A DNA stretch of 64,000 nucleotides from Octopus vulgaris (lineage: Eukaryota). The DNA lies in contig OX597817.1 of NCBI GenBank assembly GCA_951406725.2, positions 21,638,001-21,702,000 on the forward strand, written 5' to 3'. Position 1 is the stretch's first letter. Every line of letters begins with the position of its first letter. Positions 29,554 to 42,799 of this stretch are shown piece by piece. The notes below the pieces were generated by a model. The model was not told the DNA's origin and searched no databases. It saw only the letters and a program-made list of their open reading frames with translations. The translations under genes were made by a program, and so were the position numbers.

Positions 29554-32500
29554 GAGAAAGAGAGAGAGAGAGAGATTGATTTTGACTTTGTCAGCAACCA
29601 ACTATGATTCGAATTCAGCTGTCCTCTTTACCAAATTGTCTCCACTTTTTGAATCAATTATTGGTTCACCTATTTCTTTAAGAACATTATGTGGTTTGAT
29701 ATTATTCAAAAGCGACAATATTTGCCCACATTATGACATTTTAACGCCATTACTGGTAAGTTGACTCTTATGGATTCAAGCCTACTTTATTCACCCTCCT
29801 AAAAAATCAACGATTCAGAACATTACTATACGGATGAGTGACGATCGTCCCCATATGGTGTTTGTCGGAAAGGCAGCTCAATCACATAATTGTTTCGTAG
29901 CAATCTTGGTATTAATGAACGACGCGTTGCATTGTAAGTTATAGCTCCTAGTTGATCATAACCCATTTTCAAGATTTCTCTACAGATATCCGTGCTGATC
30001 GATAATGAAGCTCATTAATTGTAAATCACATCGACTTATATCACATTAACATTCTCACTTATGGTTTACACTGTACATACCGCTACAACACAATACTTAT
30101 TTTAATAATAGTTCCGTTTACATACTGGCTAAGTGATAGCCACCACCACCCATGTCAAAAGTGCCTACAGTAATAACCTGATACATAGTGTAGATATTTT
30201 AAGGTTACCATTTCATCATTCAGTTTTCATTTCATCTTTGTTATACGTACAACCTTAAGTTTTTTCACAGAGTAAAATATAAACATTTTTATGTGCATGT
30301 ATGTAATAATTTGAGAATAGTCTAAAGTTATTTGGAATCAGAGATCTTGTTAAATTCATTCAAACCACTTAAAGCTTTAAAAGCTTTCTTCGTGCAATTA
30401 GGACACACACGGACATCGTAGTAAAACAATCACTGTAAGGAATATTGCCACTGTTTCTCATTTGAACAAATATATGATCAGAAAATGTTCAGCTTGATCA
30501 TATTATCCAATATGTTCATAATGTTTTTTAAATGTGTGTTCTTGGAAGAAGTGTTATCACCGGTTTCTGTCATGTCGAGTAAGAAGTGTAATTATGCTGA
30601 TATAAATAAAATAAATATATAGGTATGAGATTAAGGGGTGTGTCGTTGCATTAACTGTGAATTACCTTAAAATTAATTTTTTTGTTTGCTCATTGTCAAT
30701 GGTTTCTAGTGGGAGGTTTTGCATAAGAATGAATTCTATTCTTTCTGTACTACCACTAGCAAAGAAAACATATATATTGGTTGCCATGTTTTTTTCTATT
30801 CTTCATGAATACGCCTGAAATAACAAAAATATATATAACATGTTCCTTTTAAACTTTGACAAATACAGATCAATATTGACCAGATTGGAGTATGTAATCT
30901 TCCAATTCCTGGGAGAAATTGGTACCTTGTATTGATAATGTTTTGCCCCAGTATTGTTGTAGACTCAGTTACCAAAACAAATAAGGAAAATATATAGATA
31001 GCACAACCATCCTGACAGACCCAATAGCATTTCCACTGATCCACCGGCCTCAGTACCTATACTTTGTTGATCACAGAAAAATGAAATGCAAACTTGATTT
31101 GACAGGATTTGAAGTTAATATTATCGGAATAGAGACATATATCACAATTCTTTCTCTCCAACGCCTTAATAAATTTTGTTTTATTATATTTTAAAATTCT
31201 GTGTTTCTTGCTTCCACCTCGTATCAAGCCATTCCTCTAAGTTGTACAAAGTAGATGGACACCGTTCATGTTAATGTATATGCTGTTCCAAAGAGTGTAG
31301 GGTGGTGTTTCATGGAAACGCATTTTCTCAATAACACATCCATGATGCGATAATGGCAGACTTGGAGCTATATAACATTGATTTAAGGCCGTGATGATAA
31401 ATACATATCTCTCTCTGCCTAAAGCCAAATATCCTTGTCTATTTGTGAGTAACATTTTCCTCTTTAATATTTTATGGGGACATTTGCTATGCATAGGTTT
31501 TCTTTCCCAACTTTTCCTTATTTTTCTGACAATTTTGTTTCAGTTTTCGTTTTCTCAGCAAGAAAATGTTGTTGGTTTGTTTCCATTTCCTGAAAGTTAT
31601 TTGCTTGTAAGATTTTACTGGACGCGCAATTCAATATAGCTTATTTCTCCTTTCGAGATGTTTGACAATTTCTAGAAGGGAATCATGGGATATGAAGGTA
31701 GATATCAAGGTCTAAGTTGGTAATAATATTTACTTCAAGCTGTACCAAATGTTTAACAGCCGCCATTCTCGAAAGGTAATTTACGTTAGTCTCTGCCTCA
31801 TTAAAGTACATCTTCCTCTGTTACCGTCTCAAGTCTTTAAATTTCACTGCATCTCCAGTTCATACTATTGTACTATCAGTATACCAGACTATTGGTAGTA
31901 CTAAATCGGTTTGATACATTTATTTTAATGGTTGATATCATTTTTACTCTCCTATAATACTCTTTGCGATAAATATCTTTCAGGGCAGTATTGCTTTCCT
32001 TAACCTTTATTTACTGCATGGTATCCTCCTAGATATTTAGGGCATTGCCAACCGGTATGTTTGTTATTTCGATAATCTCATTCATTTTAAACGTAGCTTT
32101 AGCATTTTATTTAAATCAAATTCTAATTTAATACTATTACGATTATTTTTGATGGTCGTGTTCTTGTTGCATGGAAAACAGAATCGTAAATCATTGGAAA
32201 AATACTTCCCGGTTAATGTCTCGGTGCTGTAAGTTCTGAGTTGAAATATCGCATGAGTTGAAACGTGCGCATGTCCTGTCATCTCTTTGGATTCGATAGA
32301 ATAAAGCGCTATCGATGTACTGAGATATCGACAACATTCACTTCCTCAAAGACTTGGTATTTTGCCTAAACCATAAAACCTTATTAGAACTCTTCTTATT
32401 ACCATAAAAATCATTATTATTAGCATAATCATTATTAGCATACATAGAATATGAAGTGGTAGAATCGGCAAAGTACACACAGGTACTTAGTTATGCCACT

Positions 32501-32681
32501 GGTTTTCTTTGCTTAAGTCAAACAAAATACAACTTCCTCTTTGTTGTTCTTGACTCGATAAAGATATGTATCCACTTGTTGGACTGGTTTCGGTTCATTT
32601 AAATATTTTCCCAAATAATGTTTAGCTTTGTCCTTTTGGTTGCTATAATTAATTTTTCTCTTTCTTTTCATTTAATTACAG

Positions 32682-32788
32682 TCCTGGCGTCGGACCCCCG
32701 CTTTGATGTTCCAGTTGTAAATGTAACAGTAGTAGCCGGTGAAACGGCTGTATTACCGTGTTCCGTGGAATACCTCGGTAAATATCAG
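32682..32788 (+). CDS. Internal coding exon: first half of N-terminal Ig domain of a DIP/lachesin/IgLON-like adhesion protein
   Basis: Polypyrimidine tract plus TTACAG acceptor, CAG|GTAAGT donor; 107 nt, phase 1 to 0; xLASDPRFDVPVVNVTVVAGETAVLPCSVEYLGKYQ matches the PxF...NVTVxxGxxAxLPCxVxxLGxYKVxW signature. The next exon (VxW...) was not found in the window. Confidence 0.92.
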
Positions 32789-33027
32789 GTAAGTCATATC
32801 TTTTAGACTAATATTTGCCTGCATCAAATTTGGTCATATAAAAAGAAAAAAATTTTTCTCGTGATACATACAGAAAGATTATCAGGATGTAAAAAATTAA
32901 ATACTGGAGATATAGTATATTGCGACTCCTGCCAGTTGCAGCTCTTATTCTGTATAATAATTGTGAGAAAGAATTTATGTTTTAAAAGGTTTTTGATATA
33001 TATGTATATTTATTTATTTATTTATTT

Positions 33028-33986
33028 ACTAGCTGAATAGCCCGTCGTCCGCGGGCAATTTTTACAACAGAACGCCTTCTATAAAGTTTTGTTTATCCAT
33101 GCCAGATCATGCCTTCCCCAAGAGATAGGCCTATTGATCAGGACAGATTTGTAAACTTTTTCCGCAAAATATATTCGTTGAAGAATTTTCTCTTTTTAAA
33201 TTATTTACATGTCTGTTTGACAGTCTCACATGACCTTATTCATTAAATCGTATTAAAACTTCAGACGTTCTTTTAACTTTGGTCCTTGTAATACTTTGCT
33301 TTCCTAAGTTTGATAAAAAAAAAAATCCGCCTCCTAATGATTTTATGTTACACAGCTATCATGTAGAAAATGCCAGCTTCCAAATCCTGTTTGATTAAGA
33401 TTATACCTCATTAATATTTTGCTGTGATTTTTCTGGAACAAATAGATATCAAAGTCAAATTTAACGTGGAAAATTATTCCAATTTAACAAGCTAGGTATT
33501 CTTACCACCCATTTCCTTTCCCTTCCTCGGCATTTTAAAAGTTAGTTAAGTGTATATGTTGTGTGTGTGTATGTGTGTGTGAGTATGTTTATGTGTGTGT
33601 GCATCTATCTATATATTTACGAAAGTATGTATGCAGCATCGCGTGTATATCCGTGAATGAAAGCTGTATTAACATTATTGCCATTCCATAATTGTTGCTT
33701 CTACAATGCTTTTCTCCTTTCCCTGATATCAGCCACACTCACTATGTCATCACATGTCGTCCACAGTAACACTATCTGCACCTTTCGCATTTTATCAAAT
33801 AATATCCCAACCCCAATTGTGTGGCAGGGGGCATTATAGACTTTTACTGAAATCCAGTTAACCTATATTTGAACTGCATGTTAGTCTAACATGCATGCAA
33901 AGTTTTGTGGAGATTGGTTGAATAGTATAGCAGCAAGATGGTAACAGACAAATCGACAGACAGAAATTGCCATTTATGTATAAGAT
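33028..33986 (+). mobile_element. DINE-1/HINE-like element
   Basis: 5' ACTAGCTGAATAGCCCGTCGTCCGCGGGC hairpin; 3' GCAAAGTTTTGTGGAGATTGG...ACAGACAAATCGACAGACAGAAATTGCCATTTTATGTATAAGAT; T-rich flanks. Confidence 0.65.
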
Positions 33987-34354
33987 TTCCACTGATTTTT
34001 TTTCCTATAGTTGTTCATTTGCAATCACTCAGAATAAACATTTTAGAACATAGACGACGATATATTTTTCACTTGGAGAAATTATAAGTTACAGTCTCTC
34101 CAGACAGAATATTTCTGTTGTAGATTAGATACAGGAAGAGTAAAATATCGCCGGTAAGAGTTCGAAAGTATATTGAAACCTGGCATCTACAATGACTTAA
34201 ATTATTTTAATTGCATATTATTCAGCAAACATATCGAGGTGCAGGCGAGTTTGCTTCTTATAAACATTTTGTTAGTAATTTGTTGAATGATACAAACATA
34301 TTCCATCTTTCAGTTCTATCGTTCAATTTTTCAAAATTTGGACTTCGACTATGA

Positions 34355-34690
34355 TGAGCCCTGGTACTTATTCCATTGACTGTCAGGCGGTTGTGGGAGA
34401 CAAACACTCTGATATATGCACACATACATACAAACACACAGGCACGCACGCGTGCTCGCATACGCATTCCCAAACACACACGCACACAAACACTTGCACG
34501 CACATACGCACGCGCGCACACACACACACATACATACACGCAACATGCTTCTTTCGGATTCCATGCACCAAATCCAGTTATATGGTCGACCCGGGGATAG
34601 AGTAGAAAACATTTGCCTAAAGTACCACGCAAGTGAGTTGAATCCAGAACCCTGTCGCTGGAAGCAAACTTTTTGCCACCCAGCCAATAG
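34355..34690 (-). mobile_element. Old family-C (CORE-type) SINE
   Basis: GGTACTTATTC, internal (CA)-rich tract, GCTTCTTTC, GTAGAAAACATTTGCCTAAAGTACCACGC in family order. Confidence 0.7.
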
Positions 34691-35439
34691 TGTTGATGTC
34701 TTTCACACCTATATTCACGAACATGGTGTCGTTCTAGGCGATATATGAATGACATGTGTGTACAGATAACTAAGAGAACTAAAATGTGAACATTGGGAGA
34801 GTAATCACAAAGCATTAGACGTTGTGAGAGTGATTAGGTCTTCAATTTACCAGAGGAAAAGAGCGGGAGACATAACTAAAATGGGTGCGTAGCAAAGATG
34901 ACATAGTGACAATGAATGACGTCTCAATTAGCACAAACTGTGATTGTACGATCTGACTGATATCACAGTTTCAATCAAGGAAATAAGAGACAAATGATGT
35001 CATTCTGTCCTACACACACATATACATGCCAAACATGATAAGAAATATTTTGCTGTTGTCAGCTGCATCGTCTGTGTTTAATAGCAATTCACAGATAGAT
35101 GTGACATCAAGAAAACTATACTGGCTACAGCTACGAATCTATAGTGGTTAAGAGTGATAGAAAAGGGAAATATCAACTATGATTACCAAAATCGTAGAGT
35201 TGCATTTAAATCGTTTGTAATATCTGATCAGTTGCTTCGCTGTGGGTTAAATTCAAGCTAGCATGTTGTTTGAAGATCAGTATAGTTACATGAAAACAAA
35301 ACAAAAACAATGAAGGAACTGAATGGTTACAGTAGGGGGATAAATCTATAAATGTATATAATGTTCCAATCATTTCTCCACACATTGTCATACAATTTTT
35401 AATCTATATTACCTTTAGAAAAATAAAATAAAATAATAA

Positions 35440-35678
35440 ACGTTTCCTTCTCGAGCCTTGCGAGGCCCGTAAAGGACAGTTTCCCGGTTTCAGTGGTGTA
35501 TACATCACCCATCTGGATGTGACGCAGGAGTACTCATTTTTGCCAGCTTAGTGGACTGGAGCAACGTGAAATGAAGTGTTTTGCTCAAGAATACAGTGCC
35601 TAATTCAGGAATCGAAACCACAATCTTATGTTCATGAGATCAACACCCTAACCACGTACTAAGCCACGCACCTCCACC
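35440..35678 (-). mobile_element. tRNA-derived SINE (family D)
   Basis: Minus strand GGAGGTGCGTGGCTTAGT...GGTTTCGATTCC...TTGAGCAAAACACTTCATTTCACGTTGCTCCAGTCCAC; head related to family A, different body. Confidence 0.75.
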
Positions 35679-38528
35679 TTTAGAACAACATTATATTTAA
35701 GTTAGAGAATTTGCTCTAAATGAGTCCTAGTCTATTCAGAAAGGCAATGTTATCTCGTAGATAAAGGATTTTTTTCCGGTAGCGTAAGACATTTGGCGTT
35801 TTTCCCCAAAGGCTGGTTCCGTGGTAATACATTAGTACAATATCCGAGATTTGTCTACTATCTTCGTAGACGTATCTATTAATGCTTGTCCACCTATTCA
35901 ATATATATTGAGAGAGTTGTATGGAAGACAATAATTGTCAGCTTTGTTTTTATGGCCTGCAGAGAGAAAATGTGAAATGAACATTTTTCACCAACTTTAT
36001 TACCGGACAAATACACAAAATGTTCGTGATAAGATAAAGTTTCAATTATGCTAGAGTTATGTTCAGGTCACAGGCTAAGTAATGAGTTCCCAGCTTAAGT
36101 TTAGTATTAGAGATAGTGTTAGTAATGATGGTCTACATTTACTGGGAAATAGCACCAGAACATTATTTTTTTATCGATTATTTGCTTTCAAATCCTATAG
36201 TATATTATTTCATGACAAAGGATAAACAAGCTTAATGTGACTCTATTTTAAATCTATAAAATTAATATGCCAATTCCGTGTTCATTTACTTATAAGTTTT
36301 TCATTTTTTTCATACGTTAAAATAGGCAGCATTTTGGTGGCAAATTCGAAGTATCCTATTTGTAGATTGATTATTCGCAAGTCTTACATGAACATGCCTA
36401 TTCGAATATAACAACAATTAAAATTGTTAGTATCGTGATGTCACTCATAGTTGAAGAAATTATGGAAATTATATTAAGAGTCACGATTGTATGCTGTTAG
36501 GAAATGCTTCGACAAAAGCCTTTTAAAAATTCAAGTTTGTGTGTGTGTGTGCGAGAGAGAGAAAGAGAGAGAGAGTGTGTGTGTGTGTATGTGTGATAAA
36601 GAATCTTGCTTTAAAGCCATGCAATTTTATGTTCAGTTCCATAATAAGGATGGGTTTTAAAATACTCGACTTGAAATCAAAATAAATGCTGCGCACTGGT
36701 TTTGTTCGGCTAAATCCCTTCATGCTCTCTGTCCTATGACCGAAATAATAAAAGCACTTATATATACATGGATGTGCATACACTCGTGCAAACGTGCATG
36801 TATGTATATATCTAAATATGTGTGTATGCATGTATGTATTGGGTGTTGCGCAATAACGATACGCAGTTTTATTTGGTCGGTCTTCGGCCGACTGTTACCG
36901 TTAGCACCCGAGAACATGGGAATGATTTCTAAGATGCAAAAATCTTTAGAGAACGTTTTATTGGAGCATGTAATGATTCTGTTTTCCGTTTATTGACAAT
37001 GTGAAATCAGTTTGTCGATAGTATTTAAGATTGTTGTAAGATGCAGAGTATCTGTGTGTGTGTGTGTGGCGAATTGTTTGGGCATTGATTACTTCTGAAG
37101 GCATGTGCTTCAACTAGTACACCTCTCCTCTCGGGATTTGCAAATTCTATTTTATATTGCTGTGGTGATTTACGTGAGCTTAAAATTCAAGCTCCAAATA
37201 TAAAGAATTAGGTGCATAAATATTCATACAGTGATACATTCGAAAAATAATAGTAGAACAAAATACTAACTAAAATAGGTCAATAGCATGAAATCGTACT
37301 GATATTCTAAACGATCTTCTTCTATGTGACCACCTGAAAAATATTTTACTGAATTAATAACTCCGGTTCAGTCGTTGATAGAAGATATAATACTCTCCAA
37401 TTGTTAGCAATGGAAAATATGAAGAATAATTTCAGGCAATTAAGAATTACATTCTCTGCAATAACAAGATAATTTGTTAAATGACCAGGTCGTTGAAATG
37501 TCGCAAAAGTTGTTGACACTTCGTAATAGAATAAAACTTGAAATTGCATTCTTAAAAAAAAACAGTGACTGTAAGAGCATTTATCTGTTTCTTATAACAA
37601 AATTTAAAGATTGTTATATAAATATATATAATTGTGTATGTGTGTCCGGGCGAGGGTGTGTGGGGGTTTGTGGGATTGACTGTGCATGGTTGTGTGCGTG
37701 CGTTGGTGTGTATTTTACTGCCTGATATAGAAACTCACACATACCTAAATATGCATTCATATACAAATATATATATATATATAACTCACTAGATCTCACG
37801 TTCATTATATCAATTCAGAAACAATACACAATGTTGAAGTAAGCCATAGAGTTAATATGTATTTACATTCCTTAAAATATATAACGCTCCGATAAGAAAC
37901 CACCCTGAGAAATTAATCACCGGTATAATGTTATAATTGATTTAATGTTATTAATTAATTTAATATACATTTGAACGGCTAATACCTAAAGCTTAACTAT
38001 ATTTATGCTTATATGCTCTTCGTATAATTGCCAGAGATTTTATAGTATTGGCATAAATGCATATAAGCGTAAAAAAAGACTTACTCTTGATTCATAATGG
38101 GCTTCACTTTTTATTGTTTTTCATATTAGTTTTATGCATGTAGTATATTTTTATTCCTTAAGAGACACCTGTTTACCTCCAAGCTACGTTTGCTTACCAT
38201 TAAAAAGAAATAAAGTCGAATATTCGTTTGTCTAAATAGTGCATAATACGAAAATTAGATTTTGTCAGGTTACAATTTATCTCAAGGAATAAGTTGAAAT
38301 TCTATACTTTCAACGATAACATGACGAGACAAATATGACTCCCCTACCGTGCGACACTACTAAAGCAACATAAAATCAATTACAAGGCATATATATGTAT
38401 GTGTATGTAAAAGGATTAAAATACAGTGCTCTTATATAAGTACTAACCATGGAAAGAAATATTGGCAAAAGTCTTATGCATAAGCATAAATATAATGCTA
38501 GGTTAAGAGACTCGCCAACGGATTTCTC

Positions 38529-38574
<46 letters not shown>

Positions 38575-38578
<4 letters not shown>

Positions 38579-38785
38579 AAAGTTTACGAAAAAAAAATAA
38601 AACACGAAGACAGGTAGTATACAAAACAAACAGATGTATTAGTATAACGCTCAGGAATAAAAAAGGTCTTTAACGTTTTGAGCCTACGCTCTTCTACAGA
38701 AAGGGACACAGAAAAAACATGTAGAGAAATAAGGAGAGAAAAAAATGTGTGTAGTGGCTACCGATCTATCATGGCGACTGATAGA
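38575..38785 (-). mobile_element. (TA)n-anchored short element with hammerhead-like core (family H1)
   Basis: Minus strand CTGTAGA-A-GAGC-GTAG-GCTC-AAAACGTTA; homologous to 22411-22590; (TA)n on both sides. Confidence 0.6.
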
Positions 38786-38828
38786 TCAATATATATATAT
38801 ATATATTGTTGTGTCTGGAGAGAGTCAT

Positions 38829-38878
<50 letters not shown>

Positions 38879-40177
38879 TTTTAAATATGAGAATTTGTGG
38901 ACTGACGCATATGCGTATTTAGTGTATATATCATTACAGAGTTAGTTGCATGAACATGTATCTCACGTGGTATCCTATTGATTTTGTATCAATCCATAAC
39001 TCAGATGGCGTTTTACTAAGCAATGGTGTAGGTTATTGAACATACCAGTTTCTACTTACGAAATGAATACTGGATATGTTCCACATTCGCTTTTTAAGAA
39101 ATATATTATCATCAATATCGCGATACTTCACATTTTGTTAAATTGTATTTCCTGCCAATTGTAATACCCGATTATTTTGGTAGACTAAGCTAAACATAAA
39201 GGCGAATAACCACCAAGAAGTGTAGAATTTATATGAGGAAATGGAGGACATATTAGCCATTGTTAAAGCACCGAAGAAAACATGGAATAAAATTTGAAAA
39301 TCAATTTTATGGAAATTTTGAAAAGCAGTAAAGTTAAATAATCCCAAACCAGTACATGTTATTGTACTGAGGATTTATGAACATTAAACGATTAAGAATA
39401 GTATTTTTAAAACGACAGAAATAAGAACAGATACTAATTTAACACGTTTAACTGAAAAAACAGCTTTGATTGATTTTGATTCAAATATAAATACGTGAGA
39501 AGAACTCATTAGTTGTGTCAAGTTCATCAAAGTGAACGCGATGTATGTAGTTTCGTACTTCAAGAAGAATAATGAAGAATTTGGTCACTAATAATAACTA
39601 AATTCGTATAATTTTACGATGAAACATAAAAATGGCATATATAGGATTTCAACAATGTTTCAGCAACATAGCTTATGCTTTGGGAAAAGGCTTGAGGAAA
39701 CATCTATCAATGCTTTCTGCTTTACAATTAATAGAACCGATCATCTTTTGAAGAAATCCTTCTCTGCGAAAATGCCGGAGGCATACTTGCTGCAAAAGCT
39801 TTTCATCAGATTAATGCAGTGACAAAAAATAAAGAATAAACAAAAAAAAAAGCATGAGATTCACAAAAAGAGACACACAAACATACGCAGTAATGTGTAT
39901 TACATATATTCAACAGGAAAACATGAACACAACAGAAACAGAGAATACTGCTCCGTAAATTGTAGCTTTTTTTTATTCTAACAAATTGGCATTTACTTCA
40001 AAGTTTCGACGACTACAAATTCTCTAATATTGCGAGAGAAAGTTGCCCACCAGTCAAGCTCAATTGAAAATATCAGTCCAGTATATGTTTGGTTAGGCGT
40101 CAGAGCACAAACATACGCATATATATTTTTACGCGCTCACACACAAACACGTACATATATTTATGTATACATAAATA

Positions 40178-40250
<73 letters not shown>

Positions 40251-40447
40251 TGTGTGTGTGTGTGTGTCTGTGCGTAGGTATATTTTAGTGTTAGTTTTTA
40301 TATTCAGTTATGATGATACATACAGAAAACAATTTTACATTAATTTAATGGGTCAATTTCGACAAAGATATAAAAGTTGCTGTAAACTACCTAAACTTCG
40401 AAGTCACTATCAAAAATTTATCGAATAAAAATTATATATACATACAG

Positions 40448-40509
<62 letters not shown>

Positions 40510-40513
<4 letters not shown>

Positions 40514-40650
40514 GTATAGAGGGCATTATTACACATAAATGCCACACGCTAGGAGGGACTAAAATAAATAATTATTTATTTTAGTAGTTTTGACTTTAAG
40601 AGTCCCTCCAAGCGTGTAGCATTTATGTGTTATAATGCCCTCTTTATAAT
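40510..40650. repeat. Imperfect palindrome abutting (TA)n
   Basis: AGAGGGCATTATTACACATAAATGCCACACGCTAGGAGGGACT versus AGTCCCTCCAAGCGTGTAGCATTTATGTGTTATAATGCCCTCT; loop contains the palindrome AAAATAAATAATTATTTATTTT. Confidence 0.9.
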
Positions 40651-41454
40651 ATAAATAAATATATTTAAGTGAAAAAATTGGTGTACTTTTTCTCTTATGA
40701 CATCAGATACATCTCGTAGTGCAAAAAAGCATCACCCGGGTAATCTAAATAGCTTCAAAATTCGTAAGATTTGCATTTCGCTCCAGGTTGGATGTTCATA
40801 GTATCATGGTGTGTTGCTAGTAGTTAACACACATTGGTGTCGTAAGGATACTTTGGTCTGTATACAGGAAGTGGCTGATAAAACATACAATGAATATAAT
40901 TTAAAGCTGGAGTGTTAAAGTTATTGGACTGAAAGGCCTAAAATTTGTGGAGACCATTGATGGATAGTTATGGAAGTGAAGCGTGAAATTTTATGGGGTT
41001 TTGGCCTCCGTCTTTAGACTTTATGGCTGCTTAATTGCCATATGGCCCGCATTAATATCAGAACATAGACCGCTTCCCACCTATGCCTTCCTTACGTAGT
41101 TCCAGTTAGTGGGATATCACGGATGACACCAGGTAGCCATAAGTTGTGAACATGCTCTGCCAAAACACTGCTTGGGACTTACCTTAAACAAGGTTTGGAT
41201 ACTGCATCTTAATGTCTCCTATCTTAACTTTAATTTTAATTATAAATCTAGCTACAAATACATATGTATATATATGTGTGTGTGTTTATAATGACATATG
41301 AGTAACACTAATTGTAAGATTTTAAAATAGATGCTTTCAGACAAGTAAAACATAAGCTATTACTTTCATTTTGTGACCTGTACATCGATGTTTTGGAACT
41401 GATATGTTTTCCATTACACTTGAGAGAGATTCAGTGCTAATGCCGGAATATCGT

Positions 41455-41625
41455 TATAACAAATATTCTGCTCATTATTACAGATTTGCTTGTTAGTTGC
41501 TTGATCCGAATCATTGGTGTATATAATTTATTGGCTTATAATATTTATATCTCTGATCATGATAAGGGGTAGTGGGGAAGCATTATAGCCATGTGTTGAG
41601 AGGGATGCTTTGGAGTGTGAATAAA
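41455..41625 (+). mobile_element. Family X internal fragment
   Basis: AAATATTCTGCTCA..ACAGATTTGCTTGTTAGTTG..CTGATCATGA..ATAGCCATGTGTTGAGAGG matches 7950-8120. Confidence 0.7.
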
Positions 41626-42564
41626 TTTAGCAAAAGAAATGTCTGAAGGAAATATTAGAGGTAAGCAAATAGGAAATCAGAGTTGCCATCCAACGACAAA
41701 AATTGTAATACATATCGTAATAATTGCTAATGTGGTCAGCGGAAAGTGAGAAGCTGTAGAGCCGATAAGTGGAACTGTTGCTTCAGGTTTTGCTTGAACG
41801 TAAGTGGATAGCAAATACAGCTGCAGACAACGAAGAAAACGAGACAACGAGATGAAAGTGTGGCTCTGGGTGAGTTTCTGAAGCCTGATGATAATGTCTT
41901 TGTACCAATGTGTAAGAATCCATGTCTTGATTCCAGTGTTGACTACGATAGATTTATGTGTAACAACAGCATCGTATTTAATATATTACTCTTATTAATG
42001 GCGTTTCTGAATTTTGGTGTATTATTTCGTTGCATAATTAGAAAGAGATGAAAGCGTATTTTGTAGATAAATTTATGACATGCTAGAAGTGATCATATAA
42101 TCTCTCGGTGAAATTTATTCCAATAATTTTTCAAGTTCTTCATTAGCTAATTTGGTGTAGTTGAAGCTTTTGGTTTGTGTTATTTGATGATACTGCGATG
42201 ATCTTTCTAACGCCATTATGTAACTTGCTCAAAGCCTCCTTTGAAAATTTATCAGAATGCGATGGACCTAATTTTCTAGCTAAGGGTATTTTGCGTGCAA
42301 TTTTATATTATTATAATTATTGCTTTGACACCATTCTTCCAACTTACCACTTTAACAGAAACAGCACGTTATAACAAAGACACACACTTTCACACACGTT
42401 CACACACACATATGTACACATGCACATGCCTACACACGCGCGCACAGATATACACACACCCACATATATATGCGAGCCGATTTGCCGCTAGCATGAATGA
42501 TATATTATAATGTATTACAATGCAAATACAAATGAAAAGTATATGCTGCTGTCTCAATGATATT

Positions 42565-42758
42565 ATTCTTTTATTCTTTTACTTATTTCAGTCATTTGAC
42601 TGCAGCCCTGCTGAAGCACCGCCTTTAGTCGAACACATCGACCCTAGGACTTATTCTTTGTAAGCCTAGTACTTGTTCTAGCCGAATGACTATACTACGG
42701 GTTCCTAAACACGCCTACATGTGTTGTCAAATAATGGCGGGGGAGAAACACAGATACA

Positions 42759-42765
<7 letters not shown>
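42565..42765 (-). mobile_element. Family-C SINE, 3' half
   Basis: TTTCAGTCATTTGACTGCAGCCCTGCTGAAGCACCGCCTTTAGTCGA is the reverse complement of 46485-46535. Confidence 0.85.

Positions 42766-42799
<34 letters not shown>

Noticed and set aside
41860-42310. Possible Penelope ORF N-terminal remnant on the minus strand
   Set aside because: Similarity (LANEEL...GINF) is short and frameshifted.
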